DNA of 64,000 bases, taken from positions 29,109 through 93,108 of the forward strand of contig JBFMBF010000001.1 in NCBI GenBank assembly GCA_040755315.1. The letters run 5' to 3'. Under the pieces are notes generated by a model. It saw only the letters and a list, made by a program, of their open reading frames with translations. It ran no database searches and had not been told where the DNA came from. This DNA is from Candidatus Hadarchaeota archaeon (GTDB taxonomy: Archaea; Hadarchaeota; Hadarchaeia; Hadarchaeales; Hadarchaeaceae). Within the stretch, counting starts at the first letter, position 1. Every line of letters starts with the position of its first letter. Both the position numbers and the translations under genes were made by a program. Shown one piece after another: positions 48,886 to 59,725 of this stretch.

Positions 48886-49702
48886 TTTCAAGGTGAGAGG
48901 CTGAAGTGCAGAATCTTGAGACCATTAGCTGTTGCTTTAGTCCTTTTGTTTGTATCAAATTATCTCGTTCCGCTTTCCTCGGCTCTTGAAGAAAATTCAA
49001 GTGCAACGTTTTCATTTACCATCCCGCAAGATGAAAACGCTCAGCCTGAAAATTTCGCGCAGGGTTCGGACGCAACTTCTCCGGACAACGGCGAGAACTC
49101 GGACCACCCGGAACCGGAGAATCTGGTCTGGTACTACGCCGAGAACCTGTGGGCCCCGGCAGACGTGCACAGCCCGTTCGCAGACAGGGTTTTCTTCATA
49201 AACGCGCCCTATGACCCGACTGAGGGCCTTCCCGAGAATATGCTGGGATTGCCAGATGGTGCATACTGCGACCTCAACGGCGGCCAAACCACCGTGGGCT
49301 TCCCGAACGAGTCCAGGAACGCTTTTCTAGATTACGGAGTGCCCATCCCTCCCGGCACTGACCTGATCATCTTCGACCGCGGGTACTTCGACTTCCCGGC
49401 GCTCGTGACTTTCGGTTTCGGTGTCCCGTTGGACGCGGACAACGATGGGATGGCGGACAATCCGTCCGGCGTTGCCAGCTACATTGGTGGTGCGGTTTCT
49501 CCACTGCAGTACGGCTCAGTTGAACCCCTGAACCTGGCGTTCTTTGATATAGGTGACTACGGTCAATTGAATCCAATACCAAATGACCTGTTCGTATCTG
49601 TCGACGATGCGGGCGACTACGACATAGACTCGTTCGAGATAGGGTTTTCAGTTTTAGATACAGCGCCGCCCACTTCCATGGTTCTGCCGTTCGACGGCAA
49701 GG
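48886..49702 (+). repeat. ~817-bp diverged direct repeat, second copy at 50557-51373
   Basis: Colinear at a constant 1671-bp offset; encoded proteins about 90% identical by eye. Confidence 0.92.
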
Positions 49703-49719
49703 CCTTCGTGGGGATCTAG
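48901..49719 (+). pseudogene. Truncated paralog of the N-terminus of the giant surface protein
   Basis: Matches 50572.. up to DTAPPTSMVLPFDG, then diverges and stops within six codons. Confidence 0.7.
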
Positions 49720-49852
49720 CACACTTTGGCCACGTTCAAATCCGGTAGATGATTGGACAGATCATATGCTGAAAAGTATCCGACACAGGGGGTTTCGTTG
49801 AGTCGGCTGGTACAAATCTCAGATTCGTAGCAAAAACAGCGGCGGGCGAAAT

Positions 49853-50485
49853 TTATCCCACCCGATTAACACCGGAGATTGTTAGTCCGGAAGGCGGGGT
49901 GGAAAATCCATCTCCATAACTGCTTGCTGTTAGTTCTAACACATCTCCTCTGTTCCACAGCATTGCGGCGGGTTTATGACCGGTTCCGTAACTGTTGGTT
50001 TCTTCGTTGTCATTGTCCACCCACAAATAAAGATACGCGTTTTCCCCATGCTCAAGTTTTCCAACTACAGTAACTGGTACGTGCAAACTCCAGCGAACAA
50101 ATGCGTTTTGGGCCGCAGAAGCCGCCCAGTAGCCATTCTCCTCCACATACCCTCGTGCGTAATTCTCCTGCCCCTTCACATCAGCGACAAATGTGCCCCA
50201 TCCGCGCGTGGTGTTGCTTATTTTTACGATTAGACCATGGTCTTTGTCTCCAACATATCTAAGAGATTTTACAGTTGTATAAAATCGTATTACCATATTT
50301 TCATTGCTAAATATTTCGCTAGAAGTTGTGTCACTGTCAAATACCTCTGCATTGAATTCCCCCACAACAGGATCTACTGTAGGAATAAATGGCGATTGTG
50401 TGACAATCAAAATCACAGTTGTCGTGATAGCAATAACTGTAACAATGCTTACAATTTTCCATTTTTTAGAACGAATGGCTTTCAT
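49853..50485 (-). CDS. Hypothetical exported protein
   Basis: MKAIRSKKWK followed by a hydrophobic signal/anchor; AT-rich; ATG at 50485. Confidence 0.65.
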   Translation of the reverse strand: MKAIRSKKWKIVSIVTVIAITTTVILIVTQSPFIPTVDPVVGEFNAEVFDSDTTSSEIFSNENMVIRFYTTVKSLRYVGDKDHGLIVKISNTTRGWGTFVADVKGQENYARGYVEENGYWAASAAQNAFVRWSLHVPVTVVGKLEHGENAYLYLWVDNDNEETNSYGTGHKPAAMLWNRGDVLELTASSYGDGFSTPPSGLTISGVNRVG

Positions 50486-50571
50486 CTGTTGAACACCTTT
50501 TGAGCAAACCTCAGTTAATAATTCACGCCAAGTCTTAAATAATAAGTGGCCGAAGTTTCCAAGGTGAGAGG

Positions 50572-53500
50572 CTGAAATGCGGAATCTTGAGGCCGTTAGC
50601 TGTAGCTCTGGTCCTTTTGTTCGTGTCAACTTATCTCGCCCCGCTTTCCTCGGCTCTTGAAGAAAATTCAAGTGCAACGTTCTCATTTACCATCCCGCAA
50701 GATGAAAACACTCAGGCCGAAAACTCCTCGCAGGGTCCGGACGCAACCTCTCCGGACAACGGCGAGAACTTGGACAACTCGGAACCGGAGAACCTCGTCT
50801 GGTACTACGCCGAAAACCTGTGGGCCCCGGCAGAGGTGCACAGCCCGTTCGCCAACAGGGTTTTCTTCATAAACGCGCCCTATGACCCGACCGAAGGCCT
50901 GCCGGAGAACATGTTGGGGTTGCCGGATGGAGTATACTGCGACCTCAACGGCGGCCAGGCGACCGTGGGATTCCCAAACGAGGCCAGGAACGCTTTTCTA
51001 GACTACGGGGTGCCCATCCCTCCCGGCACTGACCTGATCATCTTTGACCGTGGAAGCCTTGACCTGCCGAACCTCGTGACTTTTGGTTTCGGTGCCCCTG
51101 TGGACGCGGACAACGACGGGATGGCGGATAATCCATCTGGCGTTGCCAGCTATATTGGAGGAGCAGTTTCTCCGCTGCCGTATGGCTCCATCGAACTCCT
51201 GAACCTGGCGTTTTTTGACATCGGCGATTACGGTCAATTGAACCCAATACCAAACAACTTGTTTGTGTCTGTAGACGATGCAGGCGACTACGACGTGGAC
51301 TCGTTTGAGATAGGGTTTTCGGTTCTAGATACAGCGCCGCCCACTTCCATGGTTCTGCCGTTCGATGGCGAGGAATACTGGAAGGAGCTTGAGCCGGGAC
51401 AGAGTTTTTCCGTCAGCGCGGTGGCGGCCGACAACGTTGGAGTGAGAAATGTCCAGCTCTGGTATAGGTATTCGCTCGACAACTGGACGGACAACGTGGC
51501 ATGGAAGAAGCGCGGCTGGCAGCTGTATGGGGCGGACGTGAGCGGCGCCGATGGATGGAGCTGGAACTTCACACCCGAGAAGTACGGGTACTACGAGTTC
51601 GTCAGCGTGGCGACTGATTCGAGTGGGAACCGGGAGGACAAGGAAAACGTGTTTAGAGATAACTTGGCGGAGGCGAGATGCAGAGTGGCGAAGGATCTGG
51701 TGAGAGTGGCGGTGATCTTCGCGGAACCAAACGATGTTGATAATTTGGGCCAGCGGAATTGGGTTGATCCACAAACTGGACAAACAGAAAACTTACCAAC
51801 TCGTGAATTTTTCCGAAGGACTTTTGGAATACTGAAGAGTTATTGCGATGAGGTTTCATCTGGGGCGTTGGCAGTTAGGTTAGAAGACGAAGATATACAC
51901 GATGCAAATGGTATTTGGTATACGCTTGGCATGCCGCAAAACAACTATCTTTATTTTTACAGACCAGCGGGCAGCTGGACATATTCAAATCAATTTCTCA
52001 TAGATGCGATAAACGCGGCGGATGTTGATATCGTGTATGGAGACTATAAAGCAGTTATTGTCGTTGGAGCACTTGGTACTTTTCCAGGGCTCTTTGCTTA
52101 CTATGGCGGGGCAGATTATAAACTGGAAGAAGTCAAGACTAACACAGATGAAATAGCGTACAACCCAATATTTTTTGACGAGTTAGATGTAGATCCAAAT
52201 GACCTTACGCTAGCTCACGAAGTTGGGCATGCGCTTGGAAAAATACTTGCTAATGAAAAGCTTCCAGAGCTTTACAATACAACTGGATCATGGGGAGATG
52301 TAGATGGCTGGGATCCAATGGGGAATGAGCGTTGGCCGGTCCACTATTCTTCTTGGAGTAAGGAGCGCCTGAAGTGGCTCAACTATCAAAAAGGCGACCT
52401 TACTTCACCTCTAGGCGGCGTTCTCGCTGGCCATATAGATGCACTACCAACTCTTGCTTATGGTGACAACGTATATTTCCTCAAGGTCGATCGGCAGGAC
52501 CAGTGGTGGTGGGGCTGGGGAAACGAGGTCTGGTACGCGTTGGAGTTTAGAACAAACGATCCAAGTGTTAGTAAGGGAGACACAGATGTGCGGGGCACCG
52601 GTTTGGTCATTTACCAAGTAGACTATAGTTGGGAACTGTGGGGGCTAAAATCATATACACGCGTAAATGTTGTAGAAAACGATCAAGACCCGGCCAGCCC
52701 AACTTGGCTTTTACCTTGGGAAATTTACCACTCGGGAATAGGTAATGGAGCGATATTTGCTGCGGGAGAAATTTTTTACCACACGGACGAGGCGTTTCCT
52801 TGGGGCAAAGTTCCCAGCATGAATTTTGTGGTGCAGTATCCATACCCGAAAAGCAGCGCCACAGCCGTGATGTTCCAGATTCCATACGAACTCCGCGGAG
52901 CACTGGCGTCGGCTTCTGTGCAACCGTCGCCGGACTTGGATTTGCATGCTTACGCTGCAGATGGCAGACATGTGGGGGTTAATTATGAAACCGGCGAATA
53001 TGAGATTGAAATAACTGGGGCAACTTCGTCAGGCGACCTATTCCAGGGGAGCGAATGGATTTCAGTTCCTTCAGGCATCGATGCTTTTTTTGTCGTTAGC
53101 AGCCGCGATGTGAAGGAGGCTATACAAGCAGGCGTTGAGCTTGAGAACGAAGCCGGCCTCTATGCCATCAGAGTGGCCCATACAGATGAAAACAGAAATC
53201 TGTATTTCTCACATGCAATTGGACGAGAAATAATGCCTGGTGAAGAAATTGCCCACACGACCACCGCAAGAGTTAAAATAGAAAATATTGCCACCAAGCC
53301 TTTCTCACCGAACCGCGATGGCATAAAAGACACGGCCACTGTTTCATATTTACTTATCGACAACTTCTGGCAAAAGGCCAAGGTTTTAATTGACATTTAC
53401 AATGACGACAACAAGCTGGTTAAAAGGTTGTTTTCGGATTGGGAGAACGCTGGCCGCGATGGTCTGCTTTATTTGTATACATGGGACGGCCGAGATGAAG

Positions 53501-56500
53501 ATGGAGCCATTGCCCCAGACGGAGTTTACACTGTTCGAGTAGACGCGGCGGATGCAATGGGAAACCGTGACGAGGCAAGTGCACAAGTGATTGTTGACAC
53601 CACTTATCCGGTGTCGCTCGTCGAGTCCCCACGGCTCTGGCAAAATACAGAAAACTTTACGGTAACCGCGACAACATCGCATGATTTGAGCGGGATTGAA
53701 AACGTGGAGTTATGGTACAGGTACAGCCCTGACAATCTCTCGTGGTCTGACTGGCAACTTTACGGCTTCAACAACGAGGAACCATATTCCTGGAATTTCA
53801 TGGCAGAAAACGACGGATTTTATGACTTTTACAGCAGGGCAACCGATTGGGCAGGCAATGCCGAGCCACGCCCGAGGAAAGGGAATTGGTCGATGTATGG
53901 GGCCAATCCAGGTCAGACGTTTTACTCCAACTCGTCCGTGCCCCTGCGTCCCGCTTTAGCTTGGAGCAGAAATTTCGAGTCTGAGATATGTGCCCCCGTG
54001 ATTGCCGACAACATGGTTTACGTCGTCAAAGAGGACGGCATAGCTTCCCTCCAAGCTTCGACCGGCAGCACGGTATGGGAGCACTCAGGGTTGGGGTACG
54101 GCGGACCGGAAGTAACATACGGCCCGGCGGTAGTCGGCGGAAACGCGTACGCGTTCTTCGGAGTTGATGGCGAAGGATATCTGTACAGCCTGGACGCAAA
54201 CACGGGGGAAATTCTATGGCGCGCGGCCCCGCCTTACGGCGCCGACTACACGATGAAGGTGCTGGTGGCGGACGGCGTCGTCTACCGGGTTTTCGTGGAC
54301 GACTACGGCAACCCCGCGCAGGTCGTCGCCCTCAACGCCCAGAATGGCAGCTACATTTGGGATACCGGCGACATGGGTGGCAACTTGTACGCCGTGGAGG
54401 ACGGACGCGTTTATCTTAGCCGCGGGGCAAGCGGCGCTGACTGGGTGGATGCCGCCACTGGGGAGTTCGGGGGGCATTACGTGTACCTCGTCGACGGGGA
54501 GATTGTTTCATGCCCATACGACGGCTCAACCCGTCTCGATTTTCTTTATGAAGAAGAGATCGAGGTCGAATACGGCAGGCGTTACGAGTTCTATTTCTGG
54601 TGCCCGAAACATGGCCATGTTGTTGTCCGTGAAGGGCAGGAGATGGAAAAAACGTTTGCCGGGCAGCGCTTCCCTGTCGAGCCGAGGGCCCTGGCGGTGG
54701 CCGATGGCATCGCATACATCTACGGAGAGGACGGAAGCCTGCGTGCCGTTGACACCGCAACGATGCAGACACGCTGGAGCGCCGAGCTTCTCCAGACACC
54801 CAGGCTGCCGGGGTACACCCGCGTCCGGCACGATGGGGCGCTGGCCGTGGGGGACGGCAGGGCTTACCTCGACTTGCGGGAGGTGTATTCTGCATACGAA
54901 GGGGGGCGCTGGATAACCACTTCGTACCACACCATTTACACGGTGGATTCTTCCACCGGAGAACTCCTCTGGGGTTATGATTTCGGGTGGTGGCCGCTGG
55001 ACGGAGGCTGGAGTTTGCACCACCCATACTTGTCTTTAGCCGCTGTGGACGGGAAACTCGTAGTCGGCTCGCCAGACGGGTTGTTCATCCTGAACGGCGG
55101 CAATGACTCAATTGTCTGGAAGAACGAAGATGTGGGCTTTGGAAAGGTCGCTCTGGCGGGAGGAGGGATTTACTACGCGGCCGGAAATAGCCTGTTTTAT
55201 TTCGAGCCGTCAAAGGTCCAAGTCGGCGTGGACACCGCTCCGCCAGATTCGCTCGTTACCCCGATTGAACCCCACTGGCGAACGCTTGGGCCGCTTGAAG
55301 TTAGCGCCACAGCGTCCGACGCGCTGAGTGGAGCCGAAAACGTAGAGCTCTGGTACCGGCACTCGACCGACAACGTGACATGGAGCGGCTGGAAGCCGTA
55401 CGGAAACATGTCGGCCGGAGAAGCGCTGCACAAGGTGAAACTCAGGATAGAGTTCCCGGAAAAAGTCAAGTGGGTGAACGGCGGGGTCATGGTCGGCAAT
55501 CACGTCTTCCAGCAGACTTACGAGGAGAACTCAGTCTTCGAGCTGGAGACCCCCGCGGCGTTCAGAAGAGGCGACACCGTTCAGTGGTACATAGATATGT
55601 GTGTGGAGGGGGCAGGCGGAGAGGTGGAATACTGGACGGGTTACCAAACCCTCGCAATCGAGGACAAGGATGTTTTAATCAATATGGTCATTCATGATTT
55701 GACGGACGAGCGGGCTTTCTCGTTCATGATTTCCGAATACCTGACGCCCCAGACGTTCCAAATCACGTTCACCCCTCCTGCGGGAGACGGCTTGTATGAT
55801 TTTTACTCCATCGCCATTGACCGGGCCGGAAACCGCGAGCAACCCCCCGAAACGGCCGATACAAGAGCTGGCGTCGATACGACTCCTCCCGAATCCCACG
55901 CTAACCCAATAACACCATACTGGCGCAACGCAAACGCTGTGCCGTTTGAGGTGACCGCAACGGCGTTCGATGGGTTAAGTGGCGTAAAGCGGGTGGAGCT
56001 GTGGTACCGATATTCTCCCGACAACCGGAGTTGGGGCAACTGGGCGATGTTCGGCACAGATAATGGGTCGCCCTGGCAATGGCAATTTGATGCGCCCGAA
56101 GGCGACGGATTTTACGAGTTCTGCAGCGTTGCCACAGATGAGCTTGGGAATGCTGAGTTCCTTGTGCCAGTGTTCGTGGACGAATTCGCCGGCACTTTGG
56201 ATTCAACGACTTGGGCGGTCGGGAAGGTGAAAGTCAAGAACGACAGCGCGGCAGTGTCGGGCGGGCACCTGCAACTGGCCTCAAGGGCGGCCACGGCGGG
56301 CACCTATGGCGCGATTTACGCGGTTTCTAATTCTCCATTCGACTTCAGCCGGGGCTTGATATTTGACGTTTCAATGTCTGTGCCAACGGACAACGCGCCA
56401 GCCGACTTCAGGAGCGAGTTTTACCTGGCGCCAGACTACACGACAACGGCAAACCCGCACGACCAGCCGAACTGGATCCGGGTCTCCGCGAGCGTTGACC

Positions 56501-58242
56501 GGGACGGGGTGCGCTGGATGCTCCAGCGACGTCGCGGCGGTGGCGGAGTCGGCACACTCGGCGAGAACGAAGAAATCCTCGACAACGTGGAACCCGCCGA
56601 AGAGTCCCACATGTACACCTCCGGCCCCACCACCAAGCTAAGCGGCACATGGAAGATTTTCATTGACAGCGAAAGCATCACGGTCTGGCTGGACAGCGAG
56701 CTGGTGGAGCCCGCCAGGTCGCACGAGCTGAACTTCACAAGCGCCTACCTTTACCTGGTCGAACGCACGAAGGTCGCGCCCGTCTACACGGTAAGCTTTG
56801 ACCACGTTATTGTGCAGGAGTTTTCGGCAGACGCCAGCGTCGGCATCGACACCGTCCCGCCCAAATCGTCCGTTGACCGTATTTCACCCTACTGGCAGGC
56901 CTCGGCGCCGTTCACGATAACAGCCACGGCTTCCGACGGGATGGCCGCGCCCCCCAGGGAAGATTTTGAGGGCAAAACAATTTCGAGCCTTAGAGGGCAG
57001 GGCTGGAAAATCTACCTAGAGCCCGGCTCTTCCCCTGCTCCATCGTCGGAAGTGGTCGATGGAGTGCTCAGGATGACCAACACCTCTGGGAACTGGTACG
57101 GCCTGTATTACCCGGCTGAGTGGACCGACTACACGCTGTCCTTCAGGGCGAGATACTCAGCATACGCAGCTGTAACGCTGTTCCACATGGGAGACCCGGT
57201 CGAGGCGACATCGTTAGAGTTGATTCCGAGCTATGCTTTCAGGTTCGGGGAGACCTACTCCCTGCTCGGCTGGTACGGCCCGGGCTACGGCGGCTGGTGG
57301 CAGAGCGGCCCCGGGGTGGCGCCGGACATCTGGCATGATTTCGAGATAAGGGTCGACGGGACAAGCTTTGAGGTAAGTGTCGACGGGGCGCAGGGGCTCG
57401 CCTTTACCAGCGACAGGTGGTTGAGCGGGGGAATCGGGTTCATCGTGGCGGGGGGAACGCTGGAGATTGACGATGTGGTTGTGGCCGGAGTTGATTACGT
57501 GCCCACCAGCGGCGTCTCGGACGTGAAACTGTACTACAGAAGCTCGTTCGACGGACTGAACTGGGGTGGGTGGAAGCTGTTTGGAGAAGACGGCACGGCG
57601 CCGTACGAGTGGTCGTTCGACATCCCAGCTGGCTACGGATTCTATGAGTTCTACTCTGTCGCCACCGATGTCGCGGGAAACGTCGAGGCGCCTCCGGGTT
57701 GGGCCGACGCCAGCTGCGCCACCCTGATACAGGCGACAGTCGACATAGACCCCGACACCCTGAACCTGAAGAGCAAGGGCAAGTGGATAACGGCCTACAT
57801 TGAGCTGCCGGATAGCCTTGATGTGGCAAACATTGATGTGAGCACTGTGGCCATCGAGGGCGACACCTTCCTTGAAGGGGCATTGTTCGCCGAGTCCCGG
57901 CCAACGAAAATCGGCGACCATGATAGCGACGGAATCCCGGACTTGATGGTCAAGTTCAACAGGTCGGCCGTTCAGGGGCTGGTGAGTGTTGGCGACAACG
58001 TTGAGCTGGTTGTGGTTGGGAAGTGGAACGAGATTCCATTCCGCGGGAGCGACAGCATCCGGGTAATCGACCCCGGCCAGAGCTGCGATGAAAGTCATGA
58101 GGACAAGCCAAACGCTCCGCCAAGCCATTCAGTAAGTCATCCGGGACAAGGCCAAGGCGATCAAGGACATGGTAACTCCGGCGGGAATCAAGGACAGGGC
58201 AACAGAAACAGTGAAAAAACCGGGAAGGGTAAGAGGAATTGA
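50572..58242 (+). CDS. Giant secreted/cell-surface protein: M6-like metalloprotease, FlgD-like Ig, PQQ-type beta-propeller, lectin-like domains, five Ig-like repeats
   Basis: Signal peptide; AHEVGHALG..LPELY..WDPMG..PVH.SSWSK; FSPNRDG..WDGRD; DT.PP.S...WYRYS.DN..W...GxYEFYS.A.D..GN.E repeats; probable CTG start (ORF track TTG 50587). Confidence 0.85.
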   Translation: MKCGILRPLAVALVLLFVSTYLAPLSSALEENSSATFSFTIPQDENTQAENSSQGPDATSPDNGENLDNSEPENLVWYYAENLWAPAEVHSPFANRVFFINAPYDPTEGLPENMLGLPDGVYCDLNGGQATVGFPNEARNAFLDYGVPIPPGTDLIIFDRGSLDLPNLVTFGFGAPVDADNDGMADNPSGVASYIGGAVSPLPYGSIELLNLAFFDIGDYGQLNPIPNNLFVSVDDAGDYDVDSFEIGFSVLDTAPPTSMVLPFDGEEYWKELEPGQSFSVSAVAADNVGVRNVQLWYRYSLDNWTDNVAWKKRGWQLYGADVSGADGWSWNFTPEKYGYYEFVSVATDSSGNREDKENVFRDNLAEARCRVAKDLVRVAVIFAEPNDVDNLGQRNWVDPQTGQTENLPTREFFRRTFGILKSYCDEVSSGALAVRLEDEDIHDANGIWYTLGMPQNNYLYFYRPAGSWTYSNQFLIDAINAADVDIVYGDYKAVIVVGALGTFPGLFAYYGGADYKLEEVKTNTDEIAYNPIFFDELDVDPNDLTLAHEVGHALGKILANEKLPELYNTTGSWGDVDGWDPMGNERWPVHYSSWSKERLKWLNYQKGDLTSPLGGVLAGHIDALPTLAYGDNVYFLKVDRQDQWWWGWGNEVWYALEFRTNDPSVSKGDTDVRGTGLVIYQVDYSWELWGLKSYTRVNVVENDQDPASPTWLLPWEIYHSGIGNGAIFAAGEIFYHTDEAFPWGKVPSMNFVVQYPYPKSSATAVMFQIPYELRGALASASVQPSPDLDLHAYAADGRHVGVNYETGEYEIEITGATSSGDLFQGSEWISVPSGIDAFFVVSSRDVKEAIQAGVELENEAGLYAIRVAHTDENRNLYFSHAIGREIMPGEEIAHTTTARVKIENIATKPFSPNRDGIKDTATVSYLLIDNFWQKAKVLIDIYNDDNKLVKRLFSDWENAGRDGLLYLYTWDGRDEDGAIAPDGVYTVRVDAADAMGNRDEASAQVIVDTTYPVSLVESPRLWQNTENFTVTATTSHDLSGIENVELWYRYSPDNLSWSDWQLYGFNNEEPYSWNFMAENDGFYDFYSRATDWAGNAEPRPRKGNWSMYGANPGQTFYSNSSVPLRPALAWSRNFESEICAPVIADNMVYVVKEDGIASLQASTGSTVWEHSGLGYGGPEVTYGPAVVGGNAYAFFGVDGEGYLYSLDANTGEILWRAAPPYGADYTMKVLVADGVVYRVFVDDYGNPAQVVALNAQNGSYIWDTGDMGGNLYAVEDGRVYLSRGASGADWVDAATGEFGGHYVYLVDGEIVSCPYDGSTRLDFLYEEEIEVEYGRRYEFYFWCPKHGHVVVREGQEMEKTFAGQRFPVEPRALAVADGIAYIYGEDGSLRAVDTATMQTRWSAELLQTPRLPGYTRVRHDGALAVGDGRAYLDLREVYSAYEGGRWITTSYHTIYTVDSSTGELLWGYDFGWWPLDGGWSLHHPYLSLAAVDGKLVVGSPDGLFILNGGNDSIVWKNEDVGFGKVALAGGGIYYAAGNSLFYFEPSKVQVGVDTAPPDSLVTPIEPHWRTLGPLEVSATASDALSGAENVELWYRHSTDNVTWSGWKPYGNMSAGEALHKVKLRIEFPEKVKWVNGGVMVGNHVFQQTYEENSVFELETPAAFRRGDTVQWYIDMCVEGAGGEVEYWTGYQTLAIEDKDVLINMVIHDLTDERAFSFMISEYLTPQTFQITFTPPAGDGLYDFYSIAIDRAGNREQPPETADTRAGVDTTPPESHANPITPYWRNANAVPFEVTATAFDGLSGVKRVELWYRYSPDNRSWGNWAMFGTDNGSPWQWQFDAPEGDGFYEFCSVATDELGNAEFLVPVFVDEFAGTLDSTTWAVGKVKVKNDSAAVSGGHLQLASRAATAGTYGAIYAVSNSPFDFSRGLIFDVSMSVPTDNAPADFRSEFYLAPDYTTTANPHDQPNWIRVSASVDRDGVRWMLQRRRGGGGVGTLGENEEILDNVEPAEESHMYTSGPTTKLSGTWKIFIDSESITVWLDSELVEPARSHELNFTSAYLYLVERTKVAPVYTVSFDHVIVQEFSADASVGIDTVPPKSSVDRISPYWQASAPFTITATASDGMAAPPREDFEGKTISSLRGQGWKIYLEPGSSPAPSSEVVDGVLRMTNTSGNWYGLYYPAEWTDYTLSFRARYSAYAAVTLFHMGDPVEATSLELIPSYAFRFGETYSLLGWYGPGYGGWWQSGPGVAPDIWHDFEIRVDGTSFEVSVDGAQGLAFTSDRWLSGGIGFIVAGGTLEIDDVVVAGVDYVPTSGVSDVKLYYRSSFDGLNWGGWKLFGEDGTAPYEWSFDIPAGYGFYEFYSVATDVAGNVEAPPGWADASCATLIQATVDIDPDTLNLKSKGKWITAYIELPDSLDVANIDVSTVAIEGDTFLEGALFAESRPTKIGDHDSDGIPDLMVKFNRSAVQGLVSVGDNVELVVVGKWNEIPFRGSDSIRVIDPGQSCDESHEDKPNAPPSHSVSHPGQGQGDQGHGNSGGNQGQGNRNSEKTGKGKRN

Positions 58243-58947
58243 ATGCAGGCCGTAATTCTTGCCGGAGGTATAGGTACTCGGCTCAAGCCGCTGACTGAAA
58301 AAGTACCTAAAACCATGATTCCCGTCTACGGCAGGCCTTTCCTCGAGTACCAGCTCAGCCTTCTCAAAAGGAGTGGGATTTCCAACGTCGTGCTCTGCAT
58401 CGGCTACTTGGGCAGCAAGATCAAGAAGCACTTCGGCAACGGCGAAAAGTTCGGGCTGAAAATCAGCTACAGCGAGGAGGGGAACAAGCTTCTGGGGACG
58501 GCCGGGGCGCTGAAGAAGGCCGAGAGATTGCTTGAAGACGAGTTTTTCGTCACCTACGGGGACGCCTACCTCATGCTGGACTACAGGGGCGTCATGCAAC
58601 GCTTCAAAAAGAGCAAAAAGCTCGGGCTGATGGTCGTCTACAAGAATTTTGACAAGTACGACCGGAGCAACGTCGTGGTTGGAGGAGGCCTGGTGAAGGT
58701 CTACAGCAAGAAGAGAAAGGCCCCTGGGATGGTTTACATAGATTTCGGGGTCTCCGCCTTCAGGAAGGAGGCGCTGGCCTTGGTGCCGAAGAATAAGGTG
58801 GTGGACCTGGAGGACTTGAACCAGAAGCTCATTGAAAAGGGGGAGCTGCTTGCGTTTGAGACCGACCAGAGGTTCTACGAGGTCGGCGGGCCAGAGAGTT
58901 TGAAAGAGTTCGAAGCGCTGATGTCGTCAGGAAAAATCAAAATTTGA
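58243..58947 (+). CDS. Sugar-1-phosphate nucleotidyltransferase (HddC-like)
   Basis: ILAGGIGTRL..PK, LLGTAGAL, YGD; in the heptose gene context. Confidence 0.82.
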   Translation: MQAVILAGGIGTRLKPLTEKVPKTMIPVYGRPFLEYQLSLLKRSGISNVVLCIGYLGSKIKKHFGNGEKFGLKISYSEEGNKLLGTAGALKKAERLLEDEFFVTYGDAYLMLDYRGVMQRFKKSKKLGLMVVYKNFDKYDRSNVVVGGGLVKVYSKKRKAPGMVYIDFGVSAFRKEALALVPKNKVVDLEDLNQKLIEKGELLAFETDQRFYEVGGPESLKEFEALMSSGKIKI

Positions 58948-59229
58948 AGGCAGGCACCCCACCATCGCGGTTGACAAATGGTGCCCCAATTTTCCGGAAG
59001 CGCCAATGTGTGCAGCGGTATTTTTACTGGTTTTCAATTTTTGCATTGATTCAACTGAACTTATAATTGTTTATATGTTTGGTTAACTGGGCAAAAAATG
59101 TTTTTCAGCACAACACACACAATTTTGAGCCGGAATCCCGTCCGGTCCGCTTTTGCACGGGTTATCCACTGGAAAACGAACGCCAACCTGCAGAAAGCTT
59201 AATACTCTTTTCAGCTTTTGTTAATATTG

Positions 59230-59724
59230 ATGTACTACGAAAAAGTTTTGCGAGAGTTGAACGCAAGGGGGATCCTGTATATCGTGGCCGGAGGAATAGC
59301 CGTGAATCTACACGGCGTGCCTCGGGCAACGTCCGATTTGGATATACTTTTGTACTTGGAAAGTTCCAACGTTGGTAAACTTGTGGACATCATGAAAAAA
59401 CTTGGGTACAAGCCACGGGCGCCGGTCAGTTTCACCGATATAACTCTCGAAAACCTAGAAAAGTGGGTCAAAGAAAAACACATGAAGGCGTTCAGTTTTA
59501 TAAATCCCAAAGTACCGTACGAAGAAGTGGACATCATCTTAGACCATCCATTGGACTTCGAACGAGTTTACAAAAGAATAGAGTTCATAACAGCCAAAAA
59601 CGTGTCCATCCCGCTCATTTCACTGGATGATTTAATCAAACTGAAAAAACACTCTAAACGTTTACAGGATTTGTCCGATGTAGAGGCTTTAAGAAAGGTG
59701 AAAAAAATGAAAAAGGTGGCTTGA
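59230..59724 (+). CDS. Nucleotidyltransferase-fold protein (putative toxin-antitoxin component)
   Basis: GGIAVNLHG.PRAT.DLD, VDI, LI.LK....R.QD..D. Confidence 0.78.
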   Translation: MYYEKVLRELNARGILYIVAGGIAVNLHGVPRATSDLDILLYLESSNVGKLVDIMKKLGYKPRAPVSFTDITLENLEKWVKEKHMKAFSFINPKVPYEEVDIILDHPLDFERVYKRIEFITAKNVSIPLISLDDLIKLKKHSKRLQDLSDVEALRKVKKMKKVA

Positions 59725-59725
59725 C

